From Candidatus Bathyarchaeota archaeon (GTDB lineage: Archaea > Thermoproteota > Bathyarchaeia > Bathyarchaeales > Bathycorpusculaceae), in contig CAWFFH010000003.1 of assembly GCA_963815095.1 (NCBI GenBank), positions 1,024,001-1,088,000 of the forward strand: DNA of 64,000 nt, written 5' to 3'. The notes under the pieces are model-generated. The model did not search any database and had not been told where the DNA came from. It was given only the letters and a program-made list of their open reading frames with translations. Position 1 is the stretch's first letter, and the number at the start of each line of letters is the position of its first letter. Below, piece after piece: positions 39,937 to 50,724 of this stretch. Both the position numbers and the translations under genes were made by a program.

Positions 39937-40344
39937 TTGAAATTGGATCACACAGTTGTTCATTTTGAAATTCCTGCAAATGATGTTAAGAAATTGCAAA
40001 AATTCTATGAAAATGTCCTCGGATGGAAAATAACCAAATCCCCTATGCCAGATGTAGAATATTATATAATAGCTACTGTCCCTACCGACGACAAAGGAAT
40101 GCTTCAACGCCCAGGCGTAAACGGCGGCTTATACCCGCGAACTTCAGATATGCAAAACGCTCCTCAAATCAATTACGTCAGCGTAGAAGACATCGACAAG
40201 TACGCAGATATGGTTACCAAAGAAGGCGGAAAGATCTTGGTTCCAAAAAGACAGATACCAAAGGTCGGATGGTTTGCAATAGCCTCGGACCCAGAAGGCA
40301 ACTCATTTGGCCTTCTGCAGCCGGACATGTCACCGAAAACATAA
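39937..40344 (+). CDS. VOC/glyoxalase family protein
   Basis: VVHFEIPA, FYENVLGW, DPEGN. Confidence 0.9.
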   Translation: MKLDHTVVHFEIPANDVKKLQKFYENVLGWKITKSPMPDVEYYIIATVPTDDKGMLQRPGVNGGLYPRTSDMQNAPQINYVSVEDIDKYADMVTKEGGKILVPKRQIPKVGWFAIASDPEGNSFGLLQPDMSPKT

Positions 40345-40571
40345 AGCCAACTTAGAGAGACCATTTGCCTAAATCGTATTTTTTTGATTTCTTACTCTTT
40401 TTTTAGTTGATGGATCCTTGTTTGTTCGAAAGTACGCTCTCAATTTGTAAAATTAACTATTTTCATCATTTATAGGAAGTGCCATTTTCGAATAAGTGAA
40501 TCGATTATTGACCAGAAAATTTTTCTTAGCATACGCGTTTGCTATCTTAGAAACTTTCCAAAGCTTTCTTT

Positions 40572-41354
40572 TCAGAAGGTCTGTGCCGGCGGTGGAGGCG
40601 GTGGTGGTAGTGTTCTTGCTTTCATCGAATAGTAATAGAGTGTTATGGCTATTGCGAAGATTGGTGTTATCAGAGCTGTCAAAATGCCCGATATAAGGGG
40701 GCTTACTACGCCAAATGGAAAGGCGATTAATACAAAGACCCCGTTAAATATGGCAACAATGATGCCAAGCAAAAGCAATAAGCCGAAGGTTTTTTGCCAT
40801 CTATTGCTAACGAGCACGCGACTTCTTGAGAGGCTCCCTAAAACACCTGTACCCTCAAGCATGATGGCTGGGTAAATAAGCGAAAACATAAGCGCTATGA
40901 TTAATCCGGGAACAACAAACGCAATAAATCCCAGGACAATAAGAATACCCGTGATAATGCTTGCTGCTAACAAGGAAAGTAGTTTTAGCAATGTGAAATT
41001 GAAGGCTGTCTGCAGGTTTGCTTGTCCTCTCTCCAGTATATCTGAAGTAAATTTTACAGCTATTCCTGTGGTAACGCTGCTGGCGATCCAGCTTACGATT
41101 CCAGATAAAAATAGAGACGTTACGGTTGCTGCTAGGTAGGTTGGAAACCATGCCAAAAGCTGTTGCGATGTGGGATGGATTGGTGCTGCAGGGATGATTA
41201 TTGTTGATCTCACAGCTATTGTTACCAAGCCTGTTAGGATTCCTGCAGCTAAGAATGGAATCACGTACTGTACAAAATTTCGCGAATACAAATTGAAGGT
41301 TTGTGATAATATTTCGCCGATGGAGAGTTCGCGTAGGAGATTTTTGCTTTCCAC
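40572..41354 (-). CDS. Multi-pass membrane protein
   Basis: LSIGEILSQTFNLY, SLSRSRVLV, about 6 TM, poly-Pro tail. Confidence 0.75.
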   Translation of the reverse strand: MESKNLLRELSIGEILSQTFNLYSRNFVQYVIPFLAAGILTGLVTIAVRSTIIIPAAPIHPTSQQLLAWFPTYLAATVTSLFLSGIVSWIASSVTTGIAVKFTSDILERGQANLQTAFNFTLLKLLSLLAASIITGILIVLGFIAFVVPGLIIALMFSLIYPAIMLEGTGVLGSLSRSRVLVSNRWQKTFGLLLLLGIIVAIFNGVFVLIAFPFGVVSPLISGILTALITPIFAIAITLYYYSMKARTLPPPPPPPAQTF

Positions 41355-41535
41355 TAACTTGACCTCAGTTTGTCGATATACTGTTTGAGCTTATTAATTT
41401 TGTCAGGAGTTGAATTTCCTTCCATCGGCCAATTGGGAACGTTTGGATTTGAACTCTTTACCTGTTGAGACATCTGCTGCTCTTTAGCGAATTCTACTTT
41501 TCAAATGTTTTTGATGCATTATTTGTTTTCGTAAG

Positions 41536-42300
41536 TCATAACCTCAAAGCTCGCCTTTGTCTAAAACGGTATATGAATTCTGAAATAGCAACGCCGAGGA
41601 AGGAAGAAAATAAGCCGAAGAGGACTACTGTGGTAAGACTGTTTGGTATTAGAATGGTTTCTGTGTGTTTCCAACCTATGCCGCTTTCATTCAATACCTG
41701 AATTTTTGCGATAGCAAAGATGGTAAAGTGAAAAACCAACCCTGCGACAAAAAGTGGCACAAGCATGGCAAGAGTCATCATTGGACCTTTGTACAGGTCA
41801 TATGAGCTATGAGAATGGGATCTTCTGATTGTTAGTTTCCACATTAAGGCTCCAGGCAAAATTAAGCTGAAAATAAAAGTCAAAAGTTGTAGTGCCATAA
41901 AGAATGGAATCGATTTAATACCAACTGCTACAGCAACGAAAAATGACCAAAAGGCTGGGTTCGCGAGAGTTAACACAAACCCCGCAAAACCAATAAGCAA
42001 TCCATCTGCCATACTCAAACTAGAAGGTTCAACGCCCTTCTCTTTGAAGGTTAAGAGAAATTGAGTCGCCAACTGCCCCTTCTCAGTCAACAAATATTTA
42101 CCATCAGAATCCTTCTGGATTAAGTCAGCTAATATCTTTAAGTGATAGTTGAATTTTCCCGTGTTTGATGCCTCAACTGCACCCATAAGATCCATGTAAG
42201 AGAGGCTCCCGCTTTGCCTTAACGTCAAAATTATTTTGCGGCGGATTGGGTGGTTGAGGACTTTTTGGAAGGAATCTATGTCAACGCTCATTTCTTTCAC
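41536..42300 (-). CDS. Winged-helix (ArsR-like) regulator fused to a membrane domain
   Basis: LNHPIRRKIIL...GKFNYHLKIL..Y.LTEKG plus about 4 TM. Confidence 0.8.
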   Translation of the reverse strand: MKEMSVDIDSFQKVLNHPIRRKIILTLRQSGSLSYMDLMGAVEASNTGKFNYHLKILADLIQKDSDGKYLLTEKGQLATQFLLTFKEKGVEPSSLSMADGLLIGFAGFVLTLANPAFWSFFVAVAVGIKSIPFFMALQLLTFIFSLILPGALMWKLTIRRSHSHSSYDLYKGPMMTLAMLVPLFVAGLVFHFTIFAIAKIQVLNESGIGWKHTETILIPNSLTTVVLFGLFSSFLGVAISEFIYRFRQRRALRL

Positions 42301-42329
42301 TGCTTAACATTTAAGAACTCGGAGATGTT

Positions 42330-42614
42330 GTGGGCGCTATTGCTGACCTTGCCAAAAACATCAAGGGCGTAATAGAAGTGCATAGCATCCGATTAAGGAA
42401 GCTTGGACCTTACATGACGGGTGACATGCATATCGTAGTCGAAGGTGATATGTTTGTGAAAGAAGCTGATGAAATAGCCACAGAAGTAGAAGAGAAAATA
42501 AAACAAGAATTTGAAGGTGTTATAGACATTAAGGTTAGAATAGAATCAAACATAGCTCATGACCGGCATTCGACAGATATAGAAATTAAAAAAGAGGAAT
42601 CAAAAGAAAAGTGA
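42330..42614 (+). CDS. Isolated CDF cation-efflux C-terminal dimerisation domain, probably a gene fragment
   Basis: VHSIRLRKLG...DMHIVV...EADEIA; no upstream TM domain. Confidence 0.65.
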   Translation: MGAIADLAKNIKGVIEVHSIRLRKLGPYMTGDMHIVVEGDMFVKEADEIATEVEEKIKQEFEGVIDIKVRIESNIAHDRHSTDIEIKKEESKEK

Positions 42615-42844
42615 ATTTTTGATAGGAGCTGATTTGAAAATAAGCTGTTTCACATTTACTTCAGAAGGACCTCAAAATATTTTCCATGTTGCCTATTTAG
42701 TGCTTTTTTAAGAAATTGAATTTATGAAGGGAAGAAACGTTGTTGAAGAGGGCCATTAACGATCCAGCCCCTGGTTGTAGCAACGTCATGCAATCACATA
42801 TATATTAATTCAAAGATTTCCAGTATAATTTTGAGGCGTTTAAA

Positions 42845-43135
42845 ATGAAGATTAGCGAATTACTTGAAAAAAATGTTTATGCTGAAGACTTAAATGTGGG
42901 AAAAATCACCGATATCGTTGTGGATATGGAAGAATTAAAAATAACTCATTTTGAACTTGAACTATCAAAAGAAGCCAGCGAACAAGTATTGGGAGTGACA
43001 CCCGGTTTACTTAAACCAGCTAAAAACATATTGGCAGTTTCAGCTATGGAAAAAGGGACAGCTTGCTGTAATGATAAAGGTGTTCAACTCAAAGTCTCGA
43101 AAGGGCAACTTGCAATCTATCTAAGACCAACGTAG
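42845..43135 (+). CDS. PRC-barrel domain protein
   Basis: ISELLEKNVY...VGKITDIVVD. Confidence 0.75.
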   Translation: MKISELLEKNVYAEDLNVGKITDIVVDMEELKITHFELELSKEASEQVLGVTPGLLKPAKNILAVSAMEKGTACCNDKGVQLKVSKGQLAIYLRPT

Positions 43136-43293
43136 AAATATTTCCAGATATAGAAAAGTTTTCAGAAAATTTTTGGCACTTAGGACTTATGCACTGTTCT
43201 AGATTGCATTTGAGTGGTTTGCCTAAAAAAATAAAGTTACCCATATGCAAGACTGATTTGTTTTCAATGTTTCACTGGAGGTGAAGATTAAGT

Positions 43294-43686
43294 ATGAGGA
43301 TTGGAGATTTAATTCAGGAATCAGACTGGAAAACTGAGAAACATGTGCCCGTAATTGATAGCCCAGATGTGGTTAAGAAAGATGAGTTCTTCGAGGTTAC
43401 CGCAACCATTGGCAAAGAGGTTGCTCACCCAAACACCACTGCTCACCATATTAGCTGGATAACACTATATTTCCTTCCTGACGGCGAAAAGTTTCCTTAC
43501 CAGATAGGGAAGTTTGATTTTAACGCTCATGGAGCTTCAGCTCAAGGACCTGAAACCAGCACAGTATACACAAATCACAAAGTAACTGCATGGATGAAAA
43601 CAAGTAAGCCAGGAGTAATATTCGCAGTATCACTTTGCAATATACATGGCCTCTGGGAATATTCAAAGCAAATCAAAATAGAATAA
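43294..43686 (+). CDS. sor: Superoxide reductase (neelaredoxin, 1Fe-SOR)
   Basis: EKHVP, HPNT..HHI and CNIHG ligands. Confidence 0.92.
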   Translation: MRIGDLIQESDWKTEKHVPVIDSPDVVKKDEFFEVTATIGKEVAHPNTTAHHISWITLYFLPDGEKFPYQIGKFDFNAHGASAQGPETSTVYTNHKVTAWMKTSKPGVIFAVSLCNIHGLWEYSKQIKIE

Positions 43687-43864
43687 AAAGGTACATTTCT
43701 GCCTAAGTTCCAAACAGGCTTAGACGAAGCTTGTATCCTCCCTTTTCATTTATTCAAAACTAAGTTTTTGATCAAAGTGTCAGAAATGTTTGTTAGTTGT
43801 AGGTGATTGCTGACTACAGAGTTTTATATTAATCTTCAAAATCACTATACAACAGGTGAATTGA

Positions 43865-44119
43865 TTGACTTGGGATAAAACAGATGATTATATTCGCAGT
43901 GTCCACGGTGATAAAAGTAAGTATGACTCGGACAGCTTCAGAACCATCACTATAGATGAAAAGGAAGGAATAAAAGCTATAATTGGCTGCCCCAAGGGAC
44001 ACTTTAAAGATGGACAATGCGAAACTGGAACTGAAATCGAGTCCTTTTTGTTCTCATTAGAAAACGGGTGGACTATGGAGAAAGCCAAAGACTGGTTTGA
44101 AAAGCACGAAAAAGGATAA
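43865..44119 (+). CDS. Small hypothetical protein
   Basis: 84 aa, SD AGGTGA before TTG. Confidence 0.7.
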   Translation: MTWDKTDDYIRSVHGDKSKYDSDSFRTITIDEKEGIKAIIGCPKGHFKDGQCETGTEIESFLFSLENGWTMEKAKDWFEKHEKG

Positions 44120-44248
44120 GAAAATAGAATGTAGAATCTGCGTACCTTTTTTCCTTACCAAAGCGGGAGTCTCCCTGCAAGTCACAAAGAAATATGCTAC
44201 TTGGAATCTATGAAACGTTTGTAATCTCAACTTTTTGAAGAGTTCCAG

Positions 44249-45250
44249 TTAAATGTTTAGGAAAAACACGATAGCACTTAAAACGCCAAAAAGCACTGCG
44301 AGAATTGCTATGGAGTACGCAAATTTTATTCTAACTTCTCCTTTCTTGTAGTAATGTCTTGGCGAAACGCCTCTGATCCTTAGTATAACGCTAGAGCCCA
44401 ACTCCAATCCAATCAAATATACGAATGTCAGAGTCAAGGCGCCGACAAAAAGACCAGCGTTTTCCAAAGCCAAACCTATTCCAGCAACCGTGGCAGGAGG
44501 AACAAGGGCAACAGCGATTGCGACTCCAACCAGCAATTCGGGAAGAGCCACAAACAAGGCCAATCCTCCCGCAAGCCCTATTACCAATGCAATTCCAATG
44601 TCGGAAAGAGAAGCATGCATACGCAAAACTATTTGACCCGAATTCAAAGGCACACTAACAAATTGTGAAACAAGAAAAGTTGTGACAGCAGACAAAATGA
44701 TTATAGCGCCTAAAAGACCAAGAATAGACAACTGACTAATGGCGACTTTGCGAAGTCTCCCTAAATTCGTATTGACTGCAAAGGCGTTTAAAGGACCCAG
44801 AAGAGGAGAAAGAAGCATGGCACCAATTACAATAGCAACATTGTCCAAAACAAGCCCGGCGAAAGCTACAAGAGTCGCAAACAACGCCATAGCTAACGTA
44901 TCTTTGTTTAGCCGTACGTGTTTGTCTGTCTGGCTAATCAGTCTTTCCAAAGGGTTCTTTTTGGATTTCTCCTTAGCGGCTTTCTCTGTGACTTTGTCAA
45001 GTGCAGTAGAAACAAAAGACTCTACGTCATAAACGCTAATTACATTTTCTTTAATTCGCAAGTCTATGTTTTTCGTTAACTCATCGATAGAATTGTCTAC
45101 AAGTTCGTCAGGCACAAGCACCGAAAAATTGCTCACAGTCTTGCCATCTTGAGTTCCAACTGAAGCAAAGACTGGGACATTTAGTTTTTCAAATGCTTCT
45201 TGAACCTTTTCAGCATGGTCTGTGGTTACCGTGACATTTATTCTCTTCAA
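44249..45250 (-). CDS. TIGR00341/DUF389 membrane protein
   Basis: IGAMLLSPLLGP, GVAIAVALVPPA. Confidence 0.88.
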   Translation of the reverse strand: MKRINVTVTTDHAEKVQEAFEKLNVPVFASVGTQDGKTVSNFSVLVPDELVDNSIDELTKNIDLRIKENVISVYDVESFVSTALDKVTEKAAKEKSKKNPLERLISQTDKHVRLNKDTLAMALFATLVAFAGLVLDNVAIVIGAMLLSPLLGPLNAFAVNTNLGRLRKVAISQLSILGLLGAIIILSAVTTFLVSQFVSVPLNSGQIVLRMHASLSDIGIALVIGLAGGLALFVALPELLVGVAIAVALVPPATVAGIGLALENAGLFVGALTLTFVYLIGLELGSSVILRIRGVSPRHYYKKGEVRIKFAYSIAILAVLFGVLSAIVFFLNI

Positions 45251-45421
45251 AAAACATCATATCTTTCTAGTTATGGAAGAATAAGAATCTTTTCAAGGCT
45301 TAAGATTATAAACAGTGGACTCGAATTTGGGGAAAGTCTTTTCATCTTTTGAGGCTTACAAACGACGATAAATTTTAAATATGAAGCCAGCTAAGCTCAT
45401 TTTGTTAGTCTGGAATTCAAC

Positions 45422-47323
45422 ATGGACTTTGAAATATTTTTCTTGTTTGCGGCTTGTCTTCTAATACTAATAGACATTGCTCTTTTGTCAAGAACGAAAT
45501 TAACCTCTAGCCGAAAAAGAATATGTCCCTTTTTTGCGGCTTTTTTTGCGTTTGCTTTAGTAATTGCCTCTTATTTGATGCTTCTTCAAGCTTTTATTAA
45601 CAACGATTTTTCCTTTGTTGGCGTGTACTCTTCCAGCTCTTCAAGTGCTTCTTTAATGTCAAAAATTTACTCTAGTTGGGCTGGAGCTGGAGGCTCGATG
45701 CTTTTCTTAACTGTTTTGCTAAGCATTTTTTATTTTGTATTGAGAATTTTAGGATTCAAAAAACCTAACAAACTTAACGCAATAACCTGCCAGGTCTTCG
45801 GCGTAGTTCTCTTTGTTTTCATAATTGTTTGTTTACTAAGAAATCCATTCGAACGTTTTTCCACTGCACCAATGGAAGGTATAGGTCTTAACCCGCAGTT
45901 GCAAAGTGTATGGATGGCGATTCATCCCCCAATTGTGTTTTCAGCATACGCGTTTGTGGTTTTGGCCTTTGCGTTAACGATAGCAAGTATGAAAACTGAT
46001 AGAGAACCTGATGATTCAAGACTATTCAAAGTTTCAACCTACGCGGCTTGGGGGCTTCTTACAATTGGGATAGCCCTCGGAGGGCTTTGGGCTTATGAAG
46101 TCTTAGGGTGGGGTGGATACTGGGCTTGGGATCCAGTTGAAACTGCTTCACTGTTGCCTTGGCTTTTTTTGGTGGCGTATTTTGTATTGAAAAATATCTC
46201 CAGTGCCAAGAAGAGCTTAACCCGGGAATTAATGATTATGATAGTATTTTCCAGCCTAGTTTTTTTGAGTGCCCTAACCCGTGGAGGATTGACTCAGTCA
46301 GTTCATTCCTATGCGGTATCGGCAATTGGTCCCATAATGCTCACTTTTGCGGTGGGAATGATTGTTTACTTCTTTTATGTAGCAAAAAGTAAAAGGAAAT
46401 CTCTTTTCCAATTGGAAGTTGATAAGTCATCTTTATCATCGCGTTCTTCCTATTTGGGCTTCTGGGCACTGATTCTAATATCCCTCGTCTGCCTAATAGG
46501 ACTGGCTTTTCCAGGTTTCGCCTTTAACTATTGGACCTACCCGTTTGTCGTTTTATTCGTCGTGGCTTTAATCGGATATAGCTTCAACGAGAAGACGCAT
46601 TACGCTCGCCAACTCCTAATAGTGGCTATTTCGTTAGTCGCGGGAGTAGCTATCTCGTTGATTGGATTTGCGTCTGTAAATATCCTTGTAACATTGACAG
46701 TTCCTCTTTTGATAGTGGCGTTTTTTTGCATAATCTACAAGCTGGCTAGAACCATTCGTCAGAGATCTTTACTTGGACAAAGAATATTCGCGTTAGCCGT
46801 AATTGTTTTACTCTTGGGAGTTTTTATGAGTGCGGGCGCAAAAACCGCAGTTACCTTAAATGACGTGAAAATCAACACACCACAAAAAACAATACAATCA
46901 GATATAGTGATTACGGGTATACAAATTGAAAACAGTACCACACAGGTTTACAATTCAGAAGCCAACGCCACTATACCCGAATATTCGTTTATAAAAGCTG
47001 ACATCACAATGCGAGATTCTGACAAAACTTATCAAGGAAGCCTTTATGCTATCTTATACCCAAACTACGGATTGGTAATTAAACCTCTAATAATCACGAC
47101 TGAAACTGGTGATCTTTATCTCCATGTCGAATTCACGGAATCGCTGTACGATACTCTATTGCAAACATTAAATGGAAATAGTGTTGCACCCAATGAAGTG
47201 TCAATTTCGGTTCAAAATAGTCCTCTTATCTACTTAGTTTGGGTAGGAGTTGTGCTTATGGCAGTCGGTATATCAATCCAGTTCGCGAGCGATCTATTTT
47301 CAAAAAGAGGATTGCGCTCTTAA
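45422..47323 (+). CDS. ccmF: Cytochrome c maturation heme lyase CcmF
   Basis: HPP, WGGYWAWDPVETASLLPW and SVHSY motifs. Confidence 0.9.
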   Translation: MDFEIFFLFAACLLILIDIALLSRTKLTSSRKRICPFFAAFFAFALVIASYLMLLQAFINNDFSFVGVYSSSSSSASLMSKIYSSWAGAGGSMLFLTVLLSIFYFVLRILGFKKPNKLNAITCQVFGVVLFVFIIVCLLRNPFERFSTAPMEGIGLNPQLQSVWMAIHPPIVFSAYAFVVLAFALTIASMKTDREPDDSRLFKVSTYAAWGLLTIGIALGGLWAYEVLGWGGYWAWDPVETASLLPWLFLVAYFVLKNISSAKKSLTRELMIMIVFSSLVFLSALTRGGLTQSVHSYAVSAIGPIMLTFAVGMIVYFFYVAKSKRKSLFQLEVDKSSLSSRSSYLGFWALILISLVCLIGLAFPGFAFNYWTYPFVVLFVVALIGYSFNEKTHYARQLLIVAISLVAGVAISLIGFASVNILVTLTVPLLIVAFFCIIYKLARTIRQRSLLGQRIFALAVIVLLLGVFMSAGAKTAVTLNDVKINTPQKTIQSDIVITGIQIENSTTQVYNSEANATIPEYSFIKADITMRDSDKTYQGSLYAILYPNYGLVIKPLIITTETGDLYLHVEFTESLYDTLLQTLNGNSVAPNEVSISVQNSPLIYLVWVGVVLMAVGISIQFASDLFSKRGLRS

Positions 47324-47528
47324 GGTTGTTGTTTATTCAAATTTAAGCGGAGAATATGATTTAATCGTAATTAGTGCAACAACGCCAACAAATTCTTGGA
47401 TGGATTGCCGAACAAACCTTTAGAGTTAAAAGGCAAGCCCTAATAAGACAATGTTGTAGCTAGCTCGGTACAGCATAGCTTTAAAAGGAAAACGTAAGAG
47501 AAGTTTCTTAGGCAGTTAGTGGTTTTTA

Positions 47529-48971
47529 ATGGCCGATGCGGAATCAAAGAAAAAAGTAGTTACAAATGGGTTAGAACCTGCTGATCTTAAGAGTGCCGAC
47601 TCTGTAGCTAAGTATTGGCTTTATTCTGCTGTCCTTTGGTTCCCAATTTTTGCAACGTTTGGAATGATAATGGCAATAAAGTTTTTTGTTCCAACGTTCC
47701 TTGTGGATTCTTCCTTCGACACATTCGGTAGAATCAGGCCCGCCCACGTCAATGGATTGCTTTTTGGTTTCTTATCTTCAGGCCTAATAGGCGCCATGTA
47801 TTACGTGGCTCCGAGATTATCCAATGTTTCTCTATACAAACCACTTCTCGGAAAGATTTCTGCAGTATTATGGAATGTCGGAGTCTTGGCGGGTGTGCTC
47901 TTGATCATGAGTGGAGATACGCAAGCTAGAGAATATGCGGAATTTCCATGGATTATAGATGTCATGATTATGATAACACTAATCATAATAGGCATCACAA
48001 TAATTGGCACAATAATAAAAAGAAATGAACGCAAACTCTATGTGAGTCTTTGGTTCTTTGCAGCTATATTTCTTTGGTTCCCAATTGTGTACTTCATAGG
48101 AAACGTAATGTGGCGTCCTCCAACAGGAGCGCTTTTCGGCTTAACAGATGCCATAGTTAACTGGTTTTACGGACACAACGTTTTGGGACTCTGGTTCACG
48201 CCCTTCGGGTTGGCGCTATGGTATTACTTTATACCTAAACTCTCAAAGCGAGCCCTCTATAGCGTTACTTTGTCTTTAATTAGCTTCTTCGCTCTAGCAT
48301 TCTTCTATACCGGAGTAGGAGGTCATCACTTGCTCCAATCCTCAATTCCAGAATGGCTAAAAACTATAGCCGTTGCAACAAGTGGACTAATGATGATTTC
48401 AGTCTTAACATTTGCCACAAACATAGGTATGACCCTTCGAGGAGCTTGGCACTCTATTTTAAGTAACGTCCCTTTAAGGTTCATCGTTTTCGGGTTCATT
48501 AACTACATACTTGTTTCAATTCAAGGCACTTTTCAGGCATTTCGCGATATGAACTTGTACTTACATTACTCGCAATGGCCAGTAATGCACTCCCATTTGG
48601 CCCTTTACGCATCTTTTGGAATTACGATAATGGGCTTAATGTATTGGCTGATACCAAGAATCTCAGGAAAGAAGCTCTGGAGCAAGAAATTAATGGATGT
48701 TAGTTGGTGGGTTACGCTTTTAGGTTTCATAATTTTTATGGCTGGGATGATGCTAGCTGGTTTAGTAGCCAACGCTAGTTGGTTCACCCATCAGACCATC
48801 GCTCAAGCCTTGCCAACATTGACACCTTACTTCATCGTAAGAGCAATTGGCGGTGGGATTGTTGTTGTTTCGGCTTTCCTTTTCGCGATTGATATCATAA
48901 TGACTATCTTGTCAAAACCATTATCATCTAATGAAAATTTGGAAACTGTTGGAGGTGTCCACAAAGAATGA
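47529..48971 (+). CDS. ccoN: cbb3-type (C-family) heme-copper oxidase subunit I
   Basis: FGRIRPAHVN, WFYGHNVLG, FYTGVGGHHL (helix VII Tyr), HSHLAL. Confidence 0.9.
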   Translation: MADAESKKKVVTNGLEPADLKSADSVAKYWLYSAVLWFPIFATFGMIMAIKFFVPTFLVDSSFDTFGRIRPAHVNGLLFGFLSSGLIGAMYYVAPRLSNVSLYKPLLGKISAVLWNVGVLAGVLLIMSGDTQAREYAEFPWIIDVMIMITLIIIGITIIGTIIKRNERKLYVSLWFFAAIFLWFPIVYFIGNVMWRPPTGALFGLTDAIVNWFYGHNVLGLWFTPFGLALWYYFIPKLSKRALYSVTLSLISFFALAFFYTGVGGHHLLQSSIPEWLKTIAVATSGLMMISVLTFATNIGMTLRGAWHSILSNVPLRFIVFGFINYILVSIQGTFQAFRDMNLYLHYSQWPVMHSHLALYASFGITIMGLMYWLIPRISGKKLWSKKLMDVSWWVTLLGFIIFMAGMMLAGLVANASWFTHQTIAQALPTLTPYFIVRAIGGGIVVVSAFLFAIDIIMTILSKPLSSNENLETVGGVHKE

Positions 48972-50581
48972 GCGATGCTGAAAAGAAGTTTGAGGACACA
49001 TTAGAGAAACTGGAAAAGAATGCTGAGCGAAAAGTAAAAATAATTAGGAAAAAAACTCAATATAAGAATTTGTTCCCACTTGTCGCAGGTGGAGTAGCAG
49101 TTTTTCTACTCATGGTAAGCATGGTTGTAGTAGCTCCATACATGTTTCTTTTGAACGTTCCTCCAAGCGAAACCGCTCACGTGTACACAACTCAACAAGC
49201 AGAAGGACGAAACTTGTTCATGACTTTGGGTTGCTTTTACTGCCACTCTCAACAAGTCAGACCTAGCGATTGGGGAATCGGCAATGTCTCTCAAGAAGGA
49301 GACTACGTGTACGATAGTCCCGCTGCCTTAGGTACAGAAAGGACTGGTCCCGATCTTGCACAAATCGGGGGAATGCGCCCAACCATCTGGCACCAAATGC
49401 ATGACAGAGACCCACGAAGCGTCAGCCCAGGTTCGTTAATGCCCAATTTCGGGTTCTTGAGTGACGCACAAATAGATGCGCTAACGGCCTATATTCAAAA
49501 TCTAGGTCAAGAAAACCTCCAAGTTGAAACTTCAATCACTAACGGATCCTCCTATCACCCTGCTGTACCGGATGAATATGTAAACGCAACAAACCAATTT
49601 ACACCAATGTTAATGACTGCCTTAGCGCAATATGACGTAGAAAATGACGCCTACGATGGAAACGCTACATTTGGAGATCAATGGGGCCTACTCTTTGATT
49701 CTGCTAAAGCTGATTATACACAGTTCTGCCTATCTTGCCATGGATGTTCAGGAAATGCACAAGGTCCATATGCTCGCCATGTAACAACTCAACCTGCAAA
49801 TCTGCATGAGCGTATAGCAACATTTCCTGGAGATAGCTATGATATCTGGCGAGTGAGCGGTGGAGTTCCTGGAACAGCTATGCCTGCATGGGACCTGACG
49901 CTAAATGCCACTCAAATCAGGCTCTTAGCAGCTTATGAGTTAAGTTTTGTTTTTGGTTCAGCTAGGACAATTTCAGGTGATATTTCCGACGCTGAAGGAG
50001 ACAACTTCGCTCAGACAGTTCTTAACACACCACCGATAAGTGGAACAATGCAGGATTACCAATCGGGAAAGAGTCTATACACCTTGTACTGCGCCCAATG
50101 CCACGGTAACGATGGACAGGGCGACGGACCTGCCTCAAGCAAGGTTCAAGGTGGCTACATTGTTCCAGTACCTGCCAACTTTACTGAGTCAGGGAGCGAT
50201 TTCATGTATTATGGTCGATACGTTTGGAAAGCGCAACAAGGCGTTGAAACAACAAACATGCCGCCATGGAAGTATGTTATGACTGACAACGAAATCTACC
50301 AACTGGTCTTCTACGTACAAACCTTCGCAACAGCCGAAGACTACAATACGAAATGGGCACCGCAATATACCGATCAATTTGCCCAAAACCTAAAAGGTGG
50401 TGTGGTCCAAGGGAGTCTGTTCACGAATCTGGGAACAAATCCAGCGGGCGCATTAGTAGCTTTCATCGCGGTTCTACTTTGGGATCGTAATTTTGGGCAA
50501 CTAAAAAAGCTCTACCAAACTTTGTGGATACAAAAATCATTTAGAAGCATAAAATTATGGAGGTTGATTCCGTGGACATAG
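48968..50581 (+). CDS. ccoO: CcoO fused to two further cytochrome c domains (triheme)
   Basis: GCFYCHSQQVR..GTERTGPDL (CcoO), plus CLSCH and CAQCH each with a downstream MP. Confidence 0.85.
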   Translation: MSDAEKKFEDTLEKLEKNAERKVKIIRKKTQYKNLFPLVAGGVAVFLLMVSMVVVAPYMFLLNVPPSETAHVYTTQQAEGRNLFMTLGCFYCHSQQVRPSDWGIGNVSQEGDYVYDSPAALGTERTGPDLAQIGGMRPTIWHQMHDRDPRSVSPGSLMPNFGFLSDAQIDALTAYIQNLGQENLQVETSITNGSSYHPAVPDEYVNATNQFTPMLMTALAQYDVENDAYDGNATFGDQWGLLFDSAKADYTQFCLSCHGCSGNAQGPYARHVTTQPANLHERIATFPGDSYDIWRVSGGVPGTAMPAWDLTLNATQIRLLAAYELSFVFGSARTISGDISDAEGDNFAQTVLNTPPISGTMQDYQSGKSLYTLYCAQCHGNDGQGDGPASSKVQGGYIVPVPANFTESGSDFMYYGRYVWKAQQGVETTNMPPWKYVMTDNEIYQLVFYVQTFATAEDYNTKWAPQYTDQFAQNLKGGVVQGSLFTNLGTNPAGALVAFIAVLLWDRNFGQLKKLYQTLWIQKSFRSIKLWRLIPWT

Positions 50582-50724
50582 ACATGCTGATCTACATCAT
50601 CGGTGCATTAGGAATCACTTTCATAACTGCGGGTTTTGTGGTCTGGAGTTTTATAACCAAAGCGTATGAAGACAATGAGAATTTGAGGTTTAAACCGCTT
50701 GAGGAGGATGCAACAGAGCAATGA
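50572..50724 (+). CDS. ccoS: CcoS/FixS-like assembly protein, 50 aa, not in the ORF track
   Basis: GGAGG then GTG; one TM followed by VWSFITKAYEDNENLRFKPLEED. Confidence 0.65.
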   Translation: MDIDMLIYIIGALGITFITAGFVVWSFITKAYEDNENLRFKPLEEDATEQ

